Assembly (NCBI RefSeq): GCF_003418935.1
Contig: NZ_QVMT01000014.1
Location: 27,143-91,142, forward strand
Length of the DNA stretch: 64,000 nucleotides
Direction: 5' to 3'
Origin: Emticicia sp. C21
GTDB lineage: Bacteria; Bacteroidota; Bacteroidia; Cytophagales; Spirosomataceae
The position numbers and the translations under genes are program-made. Positions 1 through 10,682 of this stretch are shown here, one piece after another; the first letter of the stretch is position 1, and each line of letters begins with the position of its first letter. Below the pieces are notes generated by a model that was not told the DNA's origin, did no database searches, and worked only from the letters and a program-made list of their open reading frames with translations.

Positions 1-15
1 CCTCTATGGAGCCGT

Positions 16-810
16 ATGGATACTCGACTGGATAGTTTGTTGTCAAAGAAAAACGTAAGGGTATTTAATGTGGCTATTCCCGGACATACTTCTCTGGACA
101 ATGCTATTAAGTATGATTTATTGAAAGACAAAGAGTTTGATCTGGTGATTTATTATGAAGCTATCAATGAGAATCGGGCCAATAATGCTGCTCCTGAGAG
201 ATTCAAAGAAGATTACTCCCAAATGGAGTGGTATCATCATATCGGGCTCATAAGAAAACATCCTGAGCTCAATATTACTACCTTGCCATACCTGTTGCAT
301 AAAGCAATTGTTACTATTGGCCGAAAAATTACCAGAACACCTTTCCTCGAAAATGATAATGTGCGCGAAGAAAATCGCCAATATGGAAGTGATATAAAAA
401 CGGCAGGGCCGTATAAAAAGAATCTGGAAGATATTATTGCTTTATCGGAGAAAAAGAATGAAAAACTATTGTTAATGGCTTATACCTCCTTTTTTCCGGA
501 TGTGAAGTTTTTAGGTGACCCATCTGATGCACAATATTTTTCCAAAAATTGTGTCAGAGCCGCAATTGTCACGGTATGGGGAGATACCAAAAATACCCAA
601 AAAGGAATTGAAGTCCATAATGATATTCTGACAAAACTAGCCACTGAACATAAAACTTATTACCTGGATATGCGTAAAATGATACCTCAGGAGGTTGACT
701 GTTTTTGTGATATATGCCACTTAAGTGAAAAGGGATGTATTATATTTGCCGAGTCGTTGGCTAATTATATCACTACTAATCATATTCTGGAAGATAAACC
801 GAAGATATAG
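16..810 (+). CDS. SGNH/GDSL-like hydrolase family protein (possibly 5'-truncated by window edge)
   Basis: 264-aa ORF with a C-terminal DxxH block (DICH) typical of SGNH hydrolases. The reading frame stays open back to position 1, so the real start may lie upstream of the window. Confidence 0.4.
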   Translation: MDTRLDSLLSKKNVRVFNVAIPGHTSLDNAIKYDLLKDKEFDLVIYYEAINENRANNAAPERFKEDYSQMEWYHHIGLIRKHPELNITTLPYLLHKAIVTIGRKITRTPFLENDNVREENRQYGSDIKTAGPYKKNLEDIIALSEKKNEKLLLMAYTSFFPDVKFLGDPSDAQYFSKNCVRAAIVTVWGDTKNTQKGIEVHNDILTKLATEHKTYYLDMRKMIPQEVDCFCDICHLSEKGCIIFAESLANYITTNHILEDKPKI

Positions 811-924
811 ATTAGTGAATTTTTGACTGTTGTAATAAAAAGTGAGTTTTCTCTATAAAAACGATCAGGGGATATTTGATTCAAATATCCCCTGATCGTT
901 TTTATTCTGGATCGATTTATTCTG

Positions 925-1443
925 TTAAAACCTGAGAGTTAAGCCTATACCATTAGATTCTGTAAAACCGAAGTCTACTTTCTGGATAAAAGCAGCCAAA
1001 GGTTTTTTATTCTTCAATTTGGCATTATAAATATCAGCTGAATGCTGGATTAATTCATTGGAAGACTCCATGATACACAATCCTGCTCCGGCCAAGCCAA
1101 TACCAATCAATAACTTAGGTAAACTCCGTATTTTATATTGAACCTCCCGGCCTTTTACCATAGCAGTAGCATTGTGTCCTTTTAAAGCTATTGCTGCCAG
1201 CCCTACACCTGCAATAGTTAATACAGGTGCTACCGGGTTCATATAGTATCCCCATTTATATTTTACTTTAGGTTGCCAGGTATCTTTATAGATACTTAAA
1301 ATTTTACTATGTGAAAGTTTAAAGCCATTTCTATAAATTTTTGTAGTGATAAACACTCTTTTAGTAGTAAGAGTATCTAAATTCTGGGCAGAGGTATGCA
1401 AACTAATAACTACAAGAATTAACAGGACGGCTAATGATTTCAT
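925..1443 (-). CDS. hypothetical secreted/membrane protein
   Basis: 172 aa with an N-terminal signal peptide (MKSLAVLLILVVISLHTSAQ) and C-terminal hydrophobic, Gly/Ala-rich segments. Confidence 0.45.
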   Translation of the reverse strand: MKSLAVLLILVVISLHTSAQNLDTLTTKRVFITTKIYRNGFKLSHSKILSIYKDTWQPKVKYKWGYYMNPVAPVLTIAGVGLAAIALKGHNATAMVKGREVQYKIRSLPKLLIGIGLAGAGLCIMESSNELIQHSADIYNAKLKNKKPLAAFIQKVDFGFTESNGIGLTLRF

Positions 1444-1476
1444 TGAAGAGTATGGTTATTTCTGATATCAGGATAT

Positions 1477-3756
1477 TTAGATTCGGCTTTCGGCATCAAC
1501 ACGTGTTACCTGATGAACACCCTCTATCTCACCTAATTGCTTCATCAAGGTCTCTAAATGTTGTGTGTCTTGTACATATAACTTTATATCACCCGTAAAT
1601 ATACCATCATTTGTATCAACTGCCAAAGAACGCATATTAATATGTAGTTCACTTGAGATAACTTTAGAAATATCCTGTATCATTCCCATACGGTCTATAC
1701 CGTCTAGATGCACGGTTGCTACAAAAGCTTTCGCTACCTGAGAAGACCAACGTGCTTTAATAACCCTATTGCCATATTGTGACAATAGTTGTTGGGCATT
1801 AGGACAAGAGTTTCTATGAATTTTAATTCCCTCATTCACGGTCAGGAACCCAAAAACATCGTCTCCCGGTATCGGATTACAACAACGGGCTAAGGTAAAA
1901 TCAATTTCCTGTAAATCATCTCCAATGAAGAGTGTATCATTACCTTTTACTTTCTTAATCTCTTTCTCAAAACTCTTGGCATCAATAAAAGCCTTGTTAT
2001 CTATCTCAATTTTGGCTTGCTTATTCAATCGGGCATCTCTGTCTGCCTTAAATTTCTTTATTTCGTCTGGCTGAATATAAGCCTTGCCAAAGGCATAATA
2101 GAGGTCGTTATAATCTTTTTTATTGAAATAAGCCCTTAACTGGTTAAGCGTTTCGAGATTGTTTTCCAGACCTAAAAGTTTAAATCTCTTAGCAATTATC
2201 TCTTTTCCATCACTATAATATACCTTATTTTCTTCTTTGAGTAAGTCTTTAATACGGGCTTTTGCCTTGCTGGTGGTCACAAACCTAAGCCAATCTTCTG
2301 ATGGTTTCTGGTTTTTGGTGGTTAATATTTCAACCTGATCGCCATTCTGTAAAGTATAACTAATAGGTACTAATTGACTATTTACTTTTCCGGCCGTACA
2401 TTTCTTACCAATATCAGTATGTATTTCAAAGGCAAAGTCTAATACAGTAGCTCCTTTTCTTAATACTTTTAAATCTCCTTTAGGGGTGAAGACAAATACC
2501 TCTTCATTATAAAAATTACCTCTGAAATCTTCTAAAAACTCAATAGCCGATTTATCGCCTGATTGTAAAGTTTCTCTTACTTGATTAATCCAGCGGTCAA
2601 GCGGGGCATTCATCGAGGTATCATTACCTTTATATTTGAAGTGTGCCGCATAACCTCTTTCCGAAATTTCGTCCATACGTTCGGTACGTATCTGCACTTC
2701 CACCCACTGTCCTGTATGGCTCATCACAGTGGTATGCAAAGACTCATAACCATTGGCTTTTGGAATAGAAATCCAGTCTTTCAAACGATCCGGATTCGGT
2801 TTATATTCATCTGTCACAATTGAGTATACTTGCCAACAAGCCGATTTTTCTTTTTCCGGTGTTGTATTGGTTAAGATAATTCTGATGGCAAACAAATCGA
2901 AGATCTCTTCAAAAGTGGTATTCTGCTTTTTTAACTTATTCCAGATAGAATAGATATGTTTTGGCCGACCCTTTATTATAAATTCAATTCCTGTGTCTTG
3001 TAGCTTCTTCTTAAGTGGCTTAATAAAATTATCAATAAATCTATCACGGGTAGATTTTGTACTTTTAAGTTTTTGCGCAATATCTTTAAATACCTCCGGC
3101 TCAGTATATTTCAGATAGAGATCTTCTAACTCAGACTTTATTTTATACAAACCTAAGCGGTGGGCTAAGGGGGCATAGATAAAAATAGTTTCATGCGCAA
3201 TCTTAAGTTGTGAGTTGCGAGCCATGCTACCCAAAGTACGCATATTATGCAGGCGGTCAGCCAGTTTTATCAGAATTACCCTAACATCTTCTGAAAGTGT
3301 AATGAGCATTTTCCGGAAGTTTTCAGCCTGTGCCGAAGTACCCTGTTCAAAATTGCCTGATATTTTGGTAAGCCCATCTATGATGCGTGCCACTTTTGGG
3401 CCAAAATCTTTTTCAATTTCTTTCAGAGTCATGTCTGTATCTTCCACTACGTCATGTAGCAGAGCACAGATAATAGAAGTAGCACCTAATCCGATTTCTT
3501 CTACACAGATTTGTGCTACTTCAAGCGGATGATATATATATGGTTCTCCCGATTTGCGACGCATATCTTTATGCGCCTCCATCGAAATCGTAAATGCTTT
3601 TTTTATCTGCCTGGCATCGTCTCCTTTCAGGGTGGGTTTAGCCGCCCGAAGTAATCGACGATATTTCGTTAATATCTCTGCTCTTTCTTTCTCAAAATCT
3701 ATCATTGGCTCAGACTGACGGCTGGTTTCCACTTTTTCTGCTATTGCTCCTAACAT
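1477..3756 (-). CDS. relA: bifunctional (p)ppGpp synthetase/hydrolase, RelA/SpoT family
   Basis: 759 aa with an HD domain motif (HPLEVAQI...LHDVVEDT), a RelA_SpoT synthetase region, and TGS and ACT-like C-terminal regions. Confidence 0.9.
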   Translation of the reverse strand: MLGAIAEKVETSRQSEPMIDFEKERAEILTKYRRLLRAAKPTLKGDDARQIKKAFTISMEAHKDMRRKSGEPYIYHPLEVAQICVEEIGLGATSIICALLHDVVEDTDMTLKEIEKDFGPKVARIIDGLTKISGNFEQGTSAQAENFRKMLITLSEDVRVILIKLADRLHNMRTLGSMARNSQLKIAHETIFIYAPLAHRLGLYKIKSELEDLYLKYTEPEVFKDIAQKLKSTKSTRDRFIDNFIKPLKKKLQDTGIEFIIKGRPKHIYSIWNKLKKQNTTFEEIFDLFAIRIILTNTTPEKEKSACWQVYSIVTDEYKPNPDRLKDWISIPKANGYESLHTTVMSHTGQWVEVQIRTERMDEISERGYAAHFKYKGNDTSMNAPLDRWINQVRETLQSGDKSAIEFLEDFRGNFYNEEVFVFTPKGDLKVLRKGATVLDFAFEIHTDIGKKCTAGKVNSQLVPISYTLQNGDQVEILTTKNQKPSEDWLRFVTTSKAKARIKDLLKEENKVYYSDGKEIIAKRFKLLGLENNLETLNQLRAYFNKKDYNDLYYAFGKAYIQPDEIKKFKADRDARLNKQAKIEIDNKAFIDAKSFEKEIKKVKGNDTLFIGDDLQEIDFTLARCCNPIPGDDVFGFLTVNEGIKIHRNSCPNAQQLLSQYGNRVIKARWSSQVAKAFVATVHLDGIDRMGMIQDISKVISSELHINMRSLAVDTNDGIFTGDIKLYVQDTQHLETLMKQLGEIEGVHQVTRVDAESRI

Positions 3757-3901
3757 TCTCTTCTTTTTATTGTATTCCTAAAGACTAATGTAATCAATCA
3801 TTGGCTTAAGCGCAAATAATTCTTAAAGCAATTAATAAATTTTTACTTTTCAACCCTCCGAAAAAAAAGTTTGAAAAAAAATAAAGTTTTTTTGGAAAGG
3901 T

Positions 3902-3933
3902 GTTGACATGAACAAGAAAAGTCATTACCTTTG
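3902..3933 (+). promoter_or_regulatory. Bacteroidetes-type promoter (TTG -33 / TAccTTTG -7) for tRNA-Leu
   Basis: gTTGaca at 3902-3907 and TACCTTTG at 3926-3933, separated by a 20-nt spacer, about 40 nt upstream of the tRNA. Confidence 0.5.
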
Positions 3934-3972
3934 CAGCCCGATTCAGTTACAACTGACCGGAAAATGAGCGAT

Positions 3973-4054
3973 GCGGGCGTGGCGAAATTGGTAGACGTGC
4001 CAGACTTAGGATCTGGTGTCGCAAGGCATGGGGGTTCGAGTCCCTCCGCCCGTA
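3973..4054 (+). tRNA. tRNA-Leu (anticodon TAG), long variable arm
   Basis: Manual cloverleaf fold. The acceptor stem GCGGGCG/CGCCCGT has a terminal G-T wobble. The anticodon loop is CTTAGGA, the T-loop TTCGAGT, and a long variable arm follows. Confidence 0.85.
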
Positions 4055-4061
4055 CAGACAA

Positions 4062-4094
4062 CCCTCTGAACCTTGCCTGGTCAGGGGGTTTTTT
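4062..4094 (+). terminator. rho-independent terminator after tRNA-Leu
   Basis: Hairpin CCCTCTGA...TCAGGGGG followed by a T6 run. Confidence 0.6.
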
Positions 4095-4192
4095 AATAAT
4101 ACCAGTTATAGCTCCTACAAAACTTTATTTCATTCAGTTTCATAGATTCTGAATGCGACGATTTTATCAAATAAACCTCATATTCCAACATA

Positions 4193-5536
4193 ATGGAAAC
4201 AATATTCGACAAGACTTCTGCTACAAACGGCAGACTTAAAGTAACTGTTACAGAGGCAGACTACAAGCCGGAAGTAGATAAAAAAATTAAGCAATATACA
4301 AAAACTGCACAGGTGAAAGGTTTTCGCCCGGGCATGGTTCCTAAAGAATATATCCAGAGATTATACGGTAAAAGTATTTTAGTTGACGAAGTGATTAACC
4401 TCGTTTCTAAAAATACGAACGAATACATTACTTCTAATAAATTACGTGTAGTTGGTGACCCGATGCCTGACAACGAACTTTCGTCTAAAGTTGATTGGGA
4501 TAATAGCAAAGAGTTTTCATTTGAATATGATTTAGGATTGGCTTCTGACTTTACGGTTGATTTAAGTGCGATTCCTGCTATTACTAACTATGATATTGAG
4601 CCTACTGAAGAAAGAGTAAACGAAGCGATTGAAGATATTCGTCGTCGTTTCGGAAAAGACACTGAGGCAGAAGAAGTAGAGAAAGAAGATTTAGTATTCG
4701 GTACATTGAAACAGGAGTCATCAGAAACTGAAATCAATGATGCCACTATTTCAACAGGCCGTGTGCGTGAAGATGCTTTCCATATCTTTAAAGGCTTAGA
4801 GAAAGGAAGTAGCGTGAAATTTGACATCCAGTCAGTTTTTGAAAATACCAAAGATTTAGGTTATGCTACAGGCAAAAGTGAAGAAGAAGCGGTGGCTTTG
4901 GCAGGTGAGTTTGAGTTTACAGTAGAAAAAATTACCAGAGTTGCCCCGGCTGATATTGACCAGGAGTTTTTTGACAAGGCAATCGGTGCTGGTAAAGTAA
5001 CTACTGAAGAAGAATTCAGAGAAGAAATCAAGAAGATTGTAAAAGAAAACTACGAGCGTGAAAGCGACTATCTATTAGATTTTGAAGTAGAGAAAACGCT
5101 TTTAGATAATATTCATATCGAATTGCCTGATGCATTTTTGAAAAAATGGTTATTGAACATTAATGAAGGTAAATTTACAGAAGAAGACATCGAAAAAGAT
5201 TATGATGCTTTTGCCCGTGGTTTACGTATGGATTTGATTCGTAATGAAGTAGCCACTAACAACGAAATCAAATTAGAGTACAATGATATTGTGGAAGAAG
5301 TAAAAGCAGAAATGCGTAACTATTTCGGTGCCTACTCTTACGAAGGTTTAGAAGACATCATCGACAATATGGCTCGTAAGCAATTGAAAGAAAACAAAGA
5401 CAATGCCGTGCGTCGTTATACTGATCGTGCTTTTGGTAAGAAAGTACGCGAGTTTTTGAAAGCAAATCTGACAGTAGAAAAGAAAACTGTTAAAGTTGAC
5501 GAATTCAATAAAATTGCAGAAGAAGTTTACGCTTAA
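4193..5536 (+). CDS. tig: trigger factor
   Basis: 447 aa. The N-terminus (KVTVTEADYKPEVDKKIKQYTKTAQVKGFRPGMVPK) is characteristic of the trigger-factor ribosome-binding domain, and the size is typical. Confidence 0.9.
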   Translation: METIFDKTSATNGRLKVTVTEADYKPEVDKKIKQYTKTAQVKGFRPGMVPKEYIQRLYGKSILVDEVINLVSKNTNEYITSNKLRVVGDPMPDNELSSKVDWDNSKEFSFEYDLGLASDFTVDLSAIPAITNYDIEPTEERVNEAIEDIRRRFGKDTEAEEVEKEDLVFGTLKQESSETEINDATISTGRVREDAFHIFKGLEKGSSVKFDIQSVFENTKDLGYATGKSEEEAVALAGEFEFTVEKITRVAPADIDQEFFDKAIGAGKVTTEEEFREEIKKIVKENYERESDYLLDFEVEKTLLDNIHIELPDAFLKKWLLNINEGKFTEEDIEKDYDAFARGLRMDLIRNEVATNNEIKLEYNDIVEEVKAEMRNYFGAYSYEGLEDIIDNMARKQLKENKDNAVRRYTDRAFGKKVREFLKANLTVEKKTVKVDEFNKIAEEVYA

Positions 5537-5562
5537 GCTTTTGTAATAAAAAAATAATAAAA

Positions 5563-5593
5563 AACCTCGTAGTTCAACTGCGAGGTTTTTTTG
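5563..5593 (+). terminator. rho-independent terminator of tig
   Basis: Hairpin aacctcgtagttcaactgcgaggtt followed by T7. Confidence 0.7.
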
Positions 5594-6198
5594 TTTCCCT
5601 CCCAGCAGTATGATTTTAAACAAAATCTCCCAAAACCCTTGCCAATCCCCTCATAAACCCCGAAATTTAGGGTACATCCAGTCGTCGGGTCTTGCATTAT
5701 AATCCATGTAATAACTATTGCCATGAAGGAAGGGAAAAAGAAAGTCGGAGGTATAATTGACTATATATCTGACTATAACCAACAAGCCTGCAATTACTGG
5801 CGAACGGCTAGTTGCGGACGGCCAGTTATGGACGGTCAGTTGCAGATGGCTATTTCTTGTCAGGTGCAACCTATGAGACTCCCGCCCGGTTTTTGGGGAT
5901 ATGTCAGAACCCAAAAAGGTAGTCAATAGGGTGACTACCTTTTTGAATGAAGACAACAGCGCACTAATGGTTTTCAAGTACAAACCACTAAAAAGGAACC
6001 GGAAAAAGGTGACCAATACGGTGGGAACCTTTTTGACGAGTGACAGCGATGGTCACCGGATTATCACTGAGATTTTAAGACTACACGATGTCATTTTATA
6101 ATAGTTGAATTACAAATTTAAACAAGTTCAGTACTTTTGTGAGTCCATTCCAACTAATTGACTGCTAAACCAGTCTTTAAAAGAAAAAGCGTTGTGCC

Positions 6199-8991
6199 AT
6201 GAAAAAAGTTTTACTTCTTGTATTAATATCCCTCAACACTTTTTCACAGGTTTTCTATCTCGATACCACCTTTGTATCTGAGCCTCTTTTAAAGCCATTT
6301 GGTGTTCAGGAGCCTTTGGTAAATCAATTCCCGAATGGATTACTTTATCTTAAATCAAGCGAAAAAATACTTAATGGTGGTTTAGAGGAATCCGGTACTT
6401 TCCTTTTAAATACCGAGGCTAAAATTTTAAAATATCTTACGAATGAAGCCCTGACCGATTATGATTATCGGTACGAAAATTCTGTTATTACACCTGATAA
6501 TAAAATATTGCTTACCCGACTTATTGGTCCATCATCCTATTCATTAATAAAAATCTCTCAGGAGGGTGTGATTGATACAACGTTTAAATTCAGTAATCAT
6601 AAGCGTTATATCTCAAAAATAGCCTTGCTGAAAAATGAAAATTTTGTCTTGTTCTTTTTTAGCCAAGATAGTTACCTGTTACATGAGATGTATGATAAAA
6701 ACGGAAAATTTATCAGATCACTTGCCCCATCTATGTTTACAAATGCCACAGGTGCACAGCTTACAGATATAATATCAAATGATTTGAATGAGTATTTTTT
6801 ATTACTTATTGATAGCAAGCGAAATGCGGAGATAATTAAAACAAACGCAGATTTTGAAATTGATAAGAACTTCTCTCCAGTAAAGTTTAGTGGCATTGAA
6901 GCATATACCCACAAGTTGGAAAGGGTTGGTAATGATTTTCTGGTGTATCAGACAGGTGTTGAAGGGTTAAGAGATAAAGTCGAAAAAATAGACAGAAATG
7001 GTACCAGAATATGGAATATAAGTTTCGATAAAATAAGTGCCTATGAAGAGCGTGTTAATTTTTTTGAGCAGAGTGATGGTAGCATTGATATGATTTATTA
7101 TGATAACAAACACTTAAAAATTAATGCAAAAGGTATAATAGACTCTACTTTGTATGATAGAGAATTTCACAAAAATACGAGTTTTTTACATGCTTTTGCT
7201 GATGGAAGCTATTGGATTATGCGGGATAAAAGCGGTATTATTGAAAAGATGAATGCAGACGGGAGCATTGATAAGGATTTGAGAGTCATAATTCAAGTCC
7301 AAAAACAACTATTCCCTGATCAGATTCTAAAACTACCTACTAATACCTATCTGGTTGATTTTATCAGTCATACCCACGATAATTCTCCATACAGCATCAG
7401 ATACTCTCCATATCCGAAAGCTGTGCAGGTATATGACAATAAGCATAAACTCTTGCATGAGTTTTTTGATAGTAAAACTATCTGGAAAACGTATAAGACT
7501 ACTCATTCATTTGTAGTAAGAGGTGACGGCAAATTCTATACAATTGATGAAGCGAATAAAATGACGGTTTCAAAAGATACGTTGGAAGCAAATGATGTAA
7601 TAGACTGGGATAATAATTTCGTGTATCGGTTGATAAAAAAAGATAGTTTGATAAGATATAAAATAGGGCAGGGGCTTGATAAAACCTTTTTAATTAAGGC
7701 GCAGCAAATAAGCAATTTTATTATTATGGAAGATAAACGAATTGCGATAGAAACCTATGAAAATGGTATACCAGCACGATCCTATATTAATATGTACCAT
7801 ATCAATGGAACATTGGATAGAGCTTTCAAAACTATTGTATTGGATTACAGCTTTTATCAGTTTACAGGTGGATTACCAATAACGATTAAAAATGCAAATG
7901 GATTAATTGTTAACCAGATGGCTGCCGGGGAATATGCGAATATAGTAAAACAGCAATTTCTGAAATATGATAGCAATGGGAATCCGGATAAAGATTATCA
8001 ATCAAATATTTATCGGGGAGGGTATTTCAGACAATACGAAAAAGATGGAAGTATTTTTATGAATACATCTAATGAAGTAAAAGAGCATGGCGAAGAAATT
8101 ATACATAATTTTCTGAAAATTACTCCAAAGGGAAGAATAGATAGTTCATTTACGCTTTTAGGAGCCGATGCAATTTATGGATTTGAGTTCTTTGATGAAA
8201 ATACTTTATACGCCGCAGGGCAGAATAGTTTACTAAGATTTATTAAACAACCATTGAAGAAAGATGAATATTTCCATTATAAAGCTTTACCAAGCCAAAT
8301 GACCTGGGATATTGCTCTACCGAGGAAATTGATTATCAATACCAATATTAAAGATATAAAAGTAGAGGTATCCGGCAATGGTAGTTTTAAAAATGAATTT
8401 ATTTCTTTTGAACCCAAAGCAGGTATTACCTCAATAACTATTAAGGATAATAACAATAGAATACTGGCTAAACAAAAAATAGAACTAACCAGGATTTATC
8501 CACAGCTTATTTATGATGAATCTCAATTCTCTAAGGCTCAGGAACCATTCGAATTTAAAGTACAATCATCATCTGGTTTGCCAGTGAAGATTAGTATAGA
8601 TGGAGGGAATGAACACACAGGAAGTATAATTTTAGACCCTAAAAGAGATAAGGGGCGGAAACTTAAATTGAGAAGTGAACAAACTGAGAAATATGAAACC
8701 CTGGAGATAGAGATAACTTTAGACAAACTGATCCCTTTAGCTACTGAATCAGAAAATATTGGTGTGAGATCCTACCCTAATCCAGTTACTGACAAATTAA
8801 TTGTTGAAAAGAATGGCTTTATAATAGACACATTCAAATTGATAAGTACTGACGGAAAAGCGAACACTTTTGAATTGACTGAATATACTGATAAATACGA
8901 ACTGGTTTTAAGAAATGTATCGAGCGGATTATATTTTCTAGTATTAAGGGCAAAGGACAGACAATTTGTCCGTAGAATCTGGAAAGAATAA
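6199..8991 (+). CDS. large secreted protein with T9SS (Por) C-terminal sorting domain
   Basis: 930 aa with a signal peptide. The last ~80 aa (SYPNPVTDKLIVEKNG...LYFLVLRAKDRQ) match the type-A T9SS CTD pattern. No recognisable catalytic domain. Confidence 0.7.
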   Translation: MKKVLLLVLISLNTFSQVFYLDTTFVSEPLLKPFGVQEPLVNQFPNGLLYLKSSEKILNGGLEESGTFLLNTEAKILKYLTNEALTDYDYRYENSVITPDNKILLTRLIGPSSYSLIKISQEGVIDTTFKFSNHKRYISKIALLKNENFVLFFFSQDSYLLHEMYDKNGKFIRSLAPSMFTNATGAQLTDIISNDLNEYFLLLIDSKRNAEIIKTNADFEIDKNFSPVKFSGIEAYTHKLERVGNDFLVYQTGVEGLRDKVEKIDRNGTRIWNISFDKISAYEERVNFFEQSDGSIDMIYYDNKHLKINAKGIIDSTLYDREFHKNTSFLHAFADGSYWIMRDKSGIIEKMNADGSIDKDLRVIIQVQKQLFPDQILKLPTNTYLVDFISHTHDNSPYSIRYSPYPKAVQVYDNKHKLLHEFFDSKTIWKTYKTTHSFVVRGDGKFYTIDEANKMTVSKDTLEANDVIDWDNNFVYRLIKKDSLIRYKIGQGLDKTFLIKAQQISNFIIMEDKRIAIETYENGIPARSYINMYHINGTLDRAFKTIVLDYSFYQFTGGLPITIKNANGLIVNQMAAGEYANIVKQQFLKYDSNGNPDKDYQSNIYRGGYFRQYEKDGSIFMNTSNEVKEHGEEIIHNFLKITPKGRIDSSFTLLGADAIYGFEFFDENTLYAAGQNSLLRFIKQPLKKDEYFHYKALPSQMTWDIALPRKLIINTNIKDIKVEVSGNGSFKNEFISFEPKAGITSITIKDNNNRILAKQKIELTRIYPQLIYDESQFSKAQEPFEFKVQSSSGLPVKISIDGGNEHTGSIILDPKRDKGRKLKLRSEQTEKYETLEIEITLDKLIPLATESENIGVRSYPNPVTDKLIVEKNGFIIDTFKLISTDGKANTFELTEYTDKYELVLRNVSSGLYFLVLRAKDRQFVRRIWKE

Positions 8992-9033
8992 TAAGTGCGG
9001 AGCTATTACTCGCTTCGCACTTATTTATAAGTT

Positions 9034-10572
9034 TTAAGAAATCAACACATTTCCGGTCATTTCTTGTGGAATCTCCACTCCCATCAAAGTCAGGATGGTA
9101 GGGGCAATGTCTCCTAATTTACCATCTTTCACCTGAAAACGGTCGTTTTTATCTACAATAATACACGGTACCAAATTAAGAGAGTGTTGTGTATTAGGCG
9201 TTTTATCATCATTAATCATATAATCGGCATTACCGTGGTCGGCAATTACGATAGAGGTATAGCCATTTTCAAGAGCCGTATCTACAACTTGCTCCAAACA
9301 TTTATCAACCGCCTCAACTGCTTGAACTACTGCGCTGAATACACCCGTATGACCAACCATGTCAGGATTAGCGAAATTCAGACAAACAAAATCGACCTCA
9401 TGTTTTTGTAGTTCAGGAAGAATCGAATTATCAATGTCATACGCTGCCATTTGTGGTTTTAAATCATAAGTAGGCACATCTTTTGGCGATGGACATAACA
9501 AGCGGCTCTCGCCTGCAAATGGTTCTTCACGACCACCTGAGAAGAAGAATGTCACGTGTGGATATTTCTCTGTTTCAGCAATACGAATCTGCTTTTTACC
9601 CGCTCTTTCTAAAACCTCTCCCAATGTATTAGTCAGATTATCTTTCTCATAAATCACTTGTACATTATGGAAAGACTCATCATAATTAGTCATGGTGACA
9701 TAATATAGTTGAAGGGCTTTCATTTCATATTCAGGGAAATCCTGTTGCGTTAGCACCTCTGTTATTTCTCTGCCGCGGTCAGTACGGAAGTTGAAACACA
9801 TTACTACATCACCTTCTTCAATTAAACCAACCGGTGCACCGTTTTCCGTGATAACCATCGGTTTCAAAAATTCATCAGTAATATTCTGGTCATAAGAATT
9901 CTGGATAGAATCTGATAATTGTTCAATAGTGATTTTGCTATCGCCCACACCGCGTACCATGGCATCATAGGCCAGCTTCACACGCTCCCAGCGTTTATCT
10001 CTATCCATCGCATAATAACGACCCACAACTGTAGCGATTTTACCTGTAGATTGGCTTAAATGTGCTTGCAAATCAGTCAGGAAACCTTTGCCACTTTTAG
10101 GGTCACAATCACGCCCGTCAGTAAACGCATGAACAAATACATTTGATAGACCATAGTCGTTTGCAGCACTACATAGTCCTTTCAAGTGCTCAATATGAGA
10201 GTGCACACCACCATCAGAAGCCAGGCCGATAAAGTGTACTTTTTTGTTATTGGTTTTTGCGTAGGCAAAGGCATCAACCAAAGCTGGTTCTTTAGCTAAT
10301 TTACCTTCTTCTACCGCTATGCTTATTTTCTCTAATTCCTGATAGACCACGCGGCCGGCACCTAAATTCATATGTCCTACTTCAGAGTTACCCATCTGCC
10401 CATTTGGCAAACCCACTGCACGTCCACACGCCTCTAAAGTGCTATGCGGATATTCTTGCATTAATTTTCTGAAATAAGGTACATGAGCGGCATCAATGGC
10501 AGAGCGCCATTCTTCGCCCGGTTTGGGAATTCCCCAGCCATCAAGGATTATTAAAATTACTTTCTTGTTCAT
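9034..10572 (-). CDS. gpmI: 2,3-bisphosphoglycerate-independent phosphoglycerate mutase
   Basis: 512 aa. The N-terminus (ILIILDGWGIPKPGEE) and overall length match iPGM. Confidence 0.9.
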   Translation of the reverse strand: MNKKVILIILDGWGIPKPGEEWRSAIDAAHVPYFRKLMQEYPHSTLEACGRAVGLPNGQMGNSEVGHMNLGAGRVVYQELEKISIAVEEGKLAKEPALVDAFAYAKTNNKKVHFIGLASDGGVHSHIEHLKGLCSAANDYGLSNVFVHAFTDGRDCDPKSGKGFLTDLQAHLSQSTGKIATVVGRYYAMDRDKRWERVKLAYDAMVRGVGDSKITIEQLSDSIQNSYDQNITDEFLKPMVITENGAPVGLIEEGDVVMCFNFRTDRGREITEVLTQQDFPEYEMKALQLYYVTMTNYDESFHNVQVIYEKDNLTNTLGEVLERAGKKQIRIAETEKYPHVTFFFSGGREEPFAGESRLLCPSPKDVPTYDLKPQMAAYDIDNSILPELQKHEVDFVCLNFANPDMVGHTGVFSAVVQAVEAVDKCLEQVVDTALENGYTSIVIADHGNADYMINDDKTPNTQHSLNLVPCIIVDKNDRFQVKDGKLGDIAPTILTLMGVEIPQEMTGNVLIS

Positions 10573-10682
10573 AGTGTTTTACCCCTAAACCTCAATTAAG
10601 GTAGTTTTATTAGAAACTTTTCATGCCTTGGGGTACGGTTAATGGCACAAAAGCCTCATAAATTTTTACTCCACAAATTTAC

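Noticed and set aside
2581-3532. Plus-strand ORFs inside relA/spoT (2581..2823, 2753..2953, 3215..3532)
   Set aside because: They are antisense to a well-supported 759-aa gene.
3843-4152. Track ORFs 3843..4061(-) and 3931..4152(+)
   Set aside because: They overlap tRNA-Leu and its terminator and have no coding features.
5723-6101. Small ORFs 5723..5929 and 5901..6101
   Set aside because: They lie in a repeat- and hairpin-rich intergenic region with low-complexity translations and are likely non-coding.
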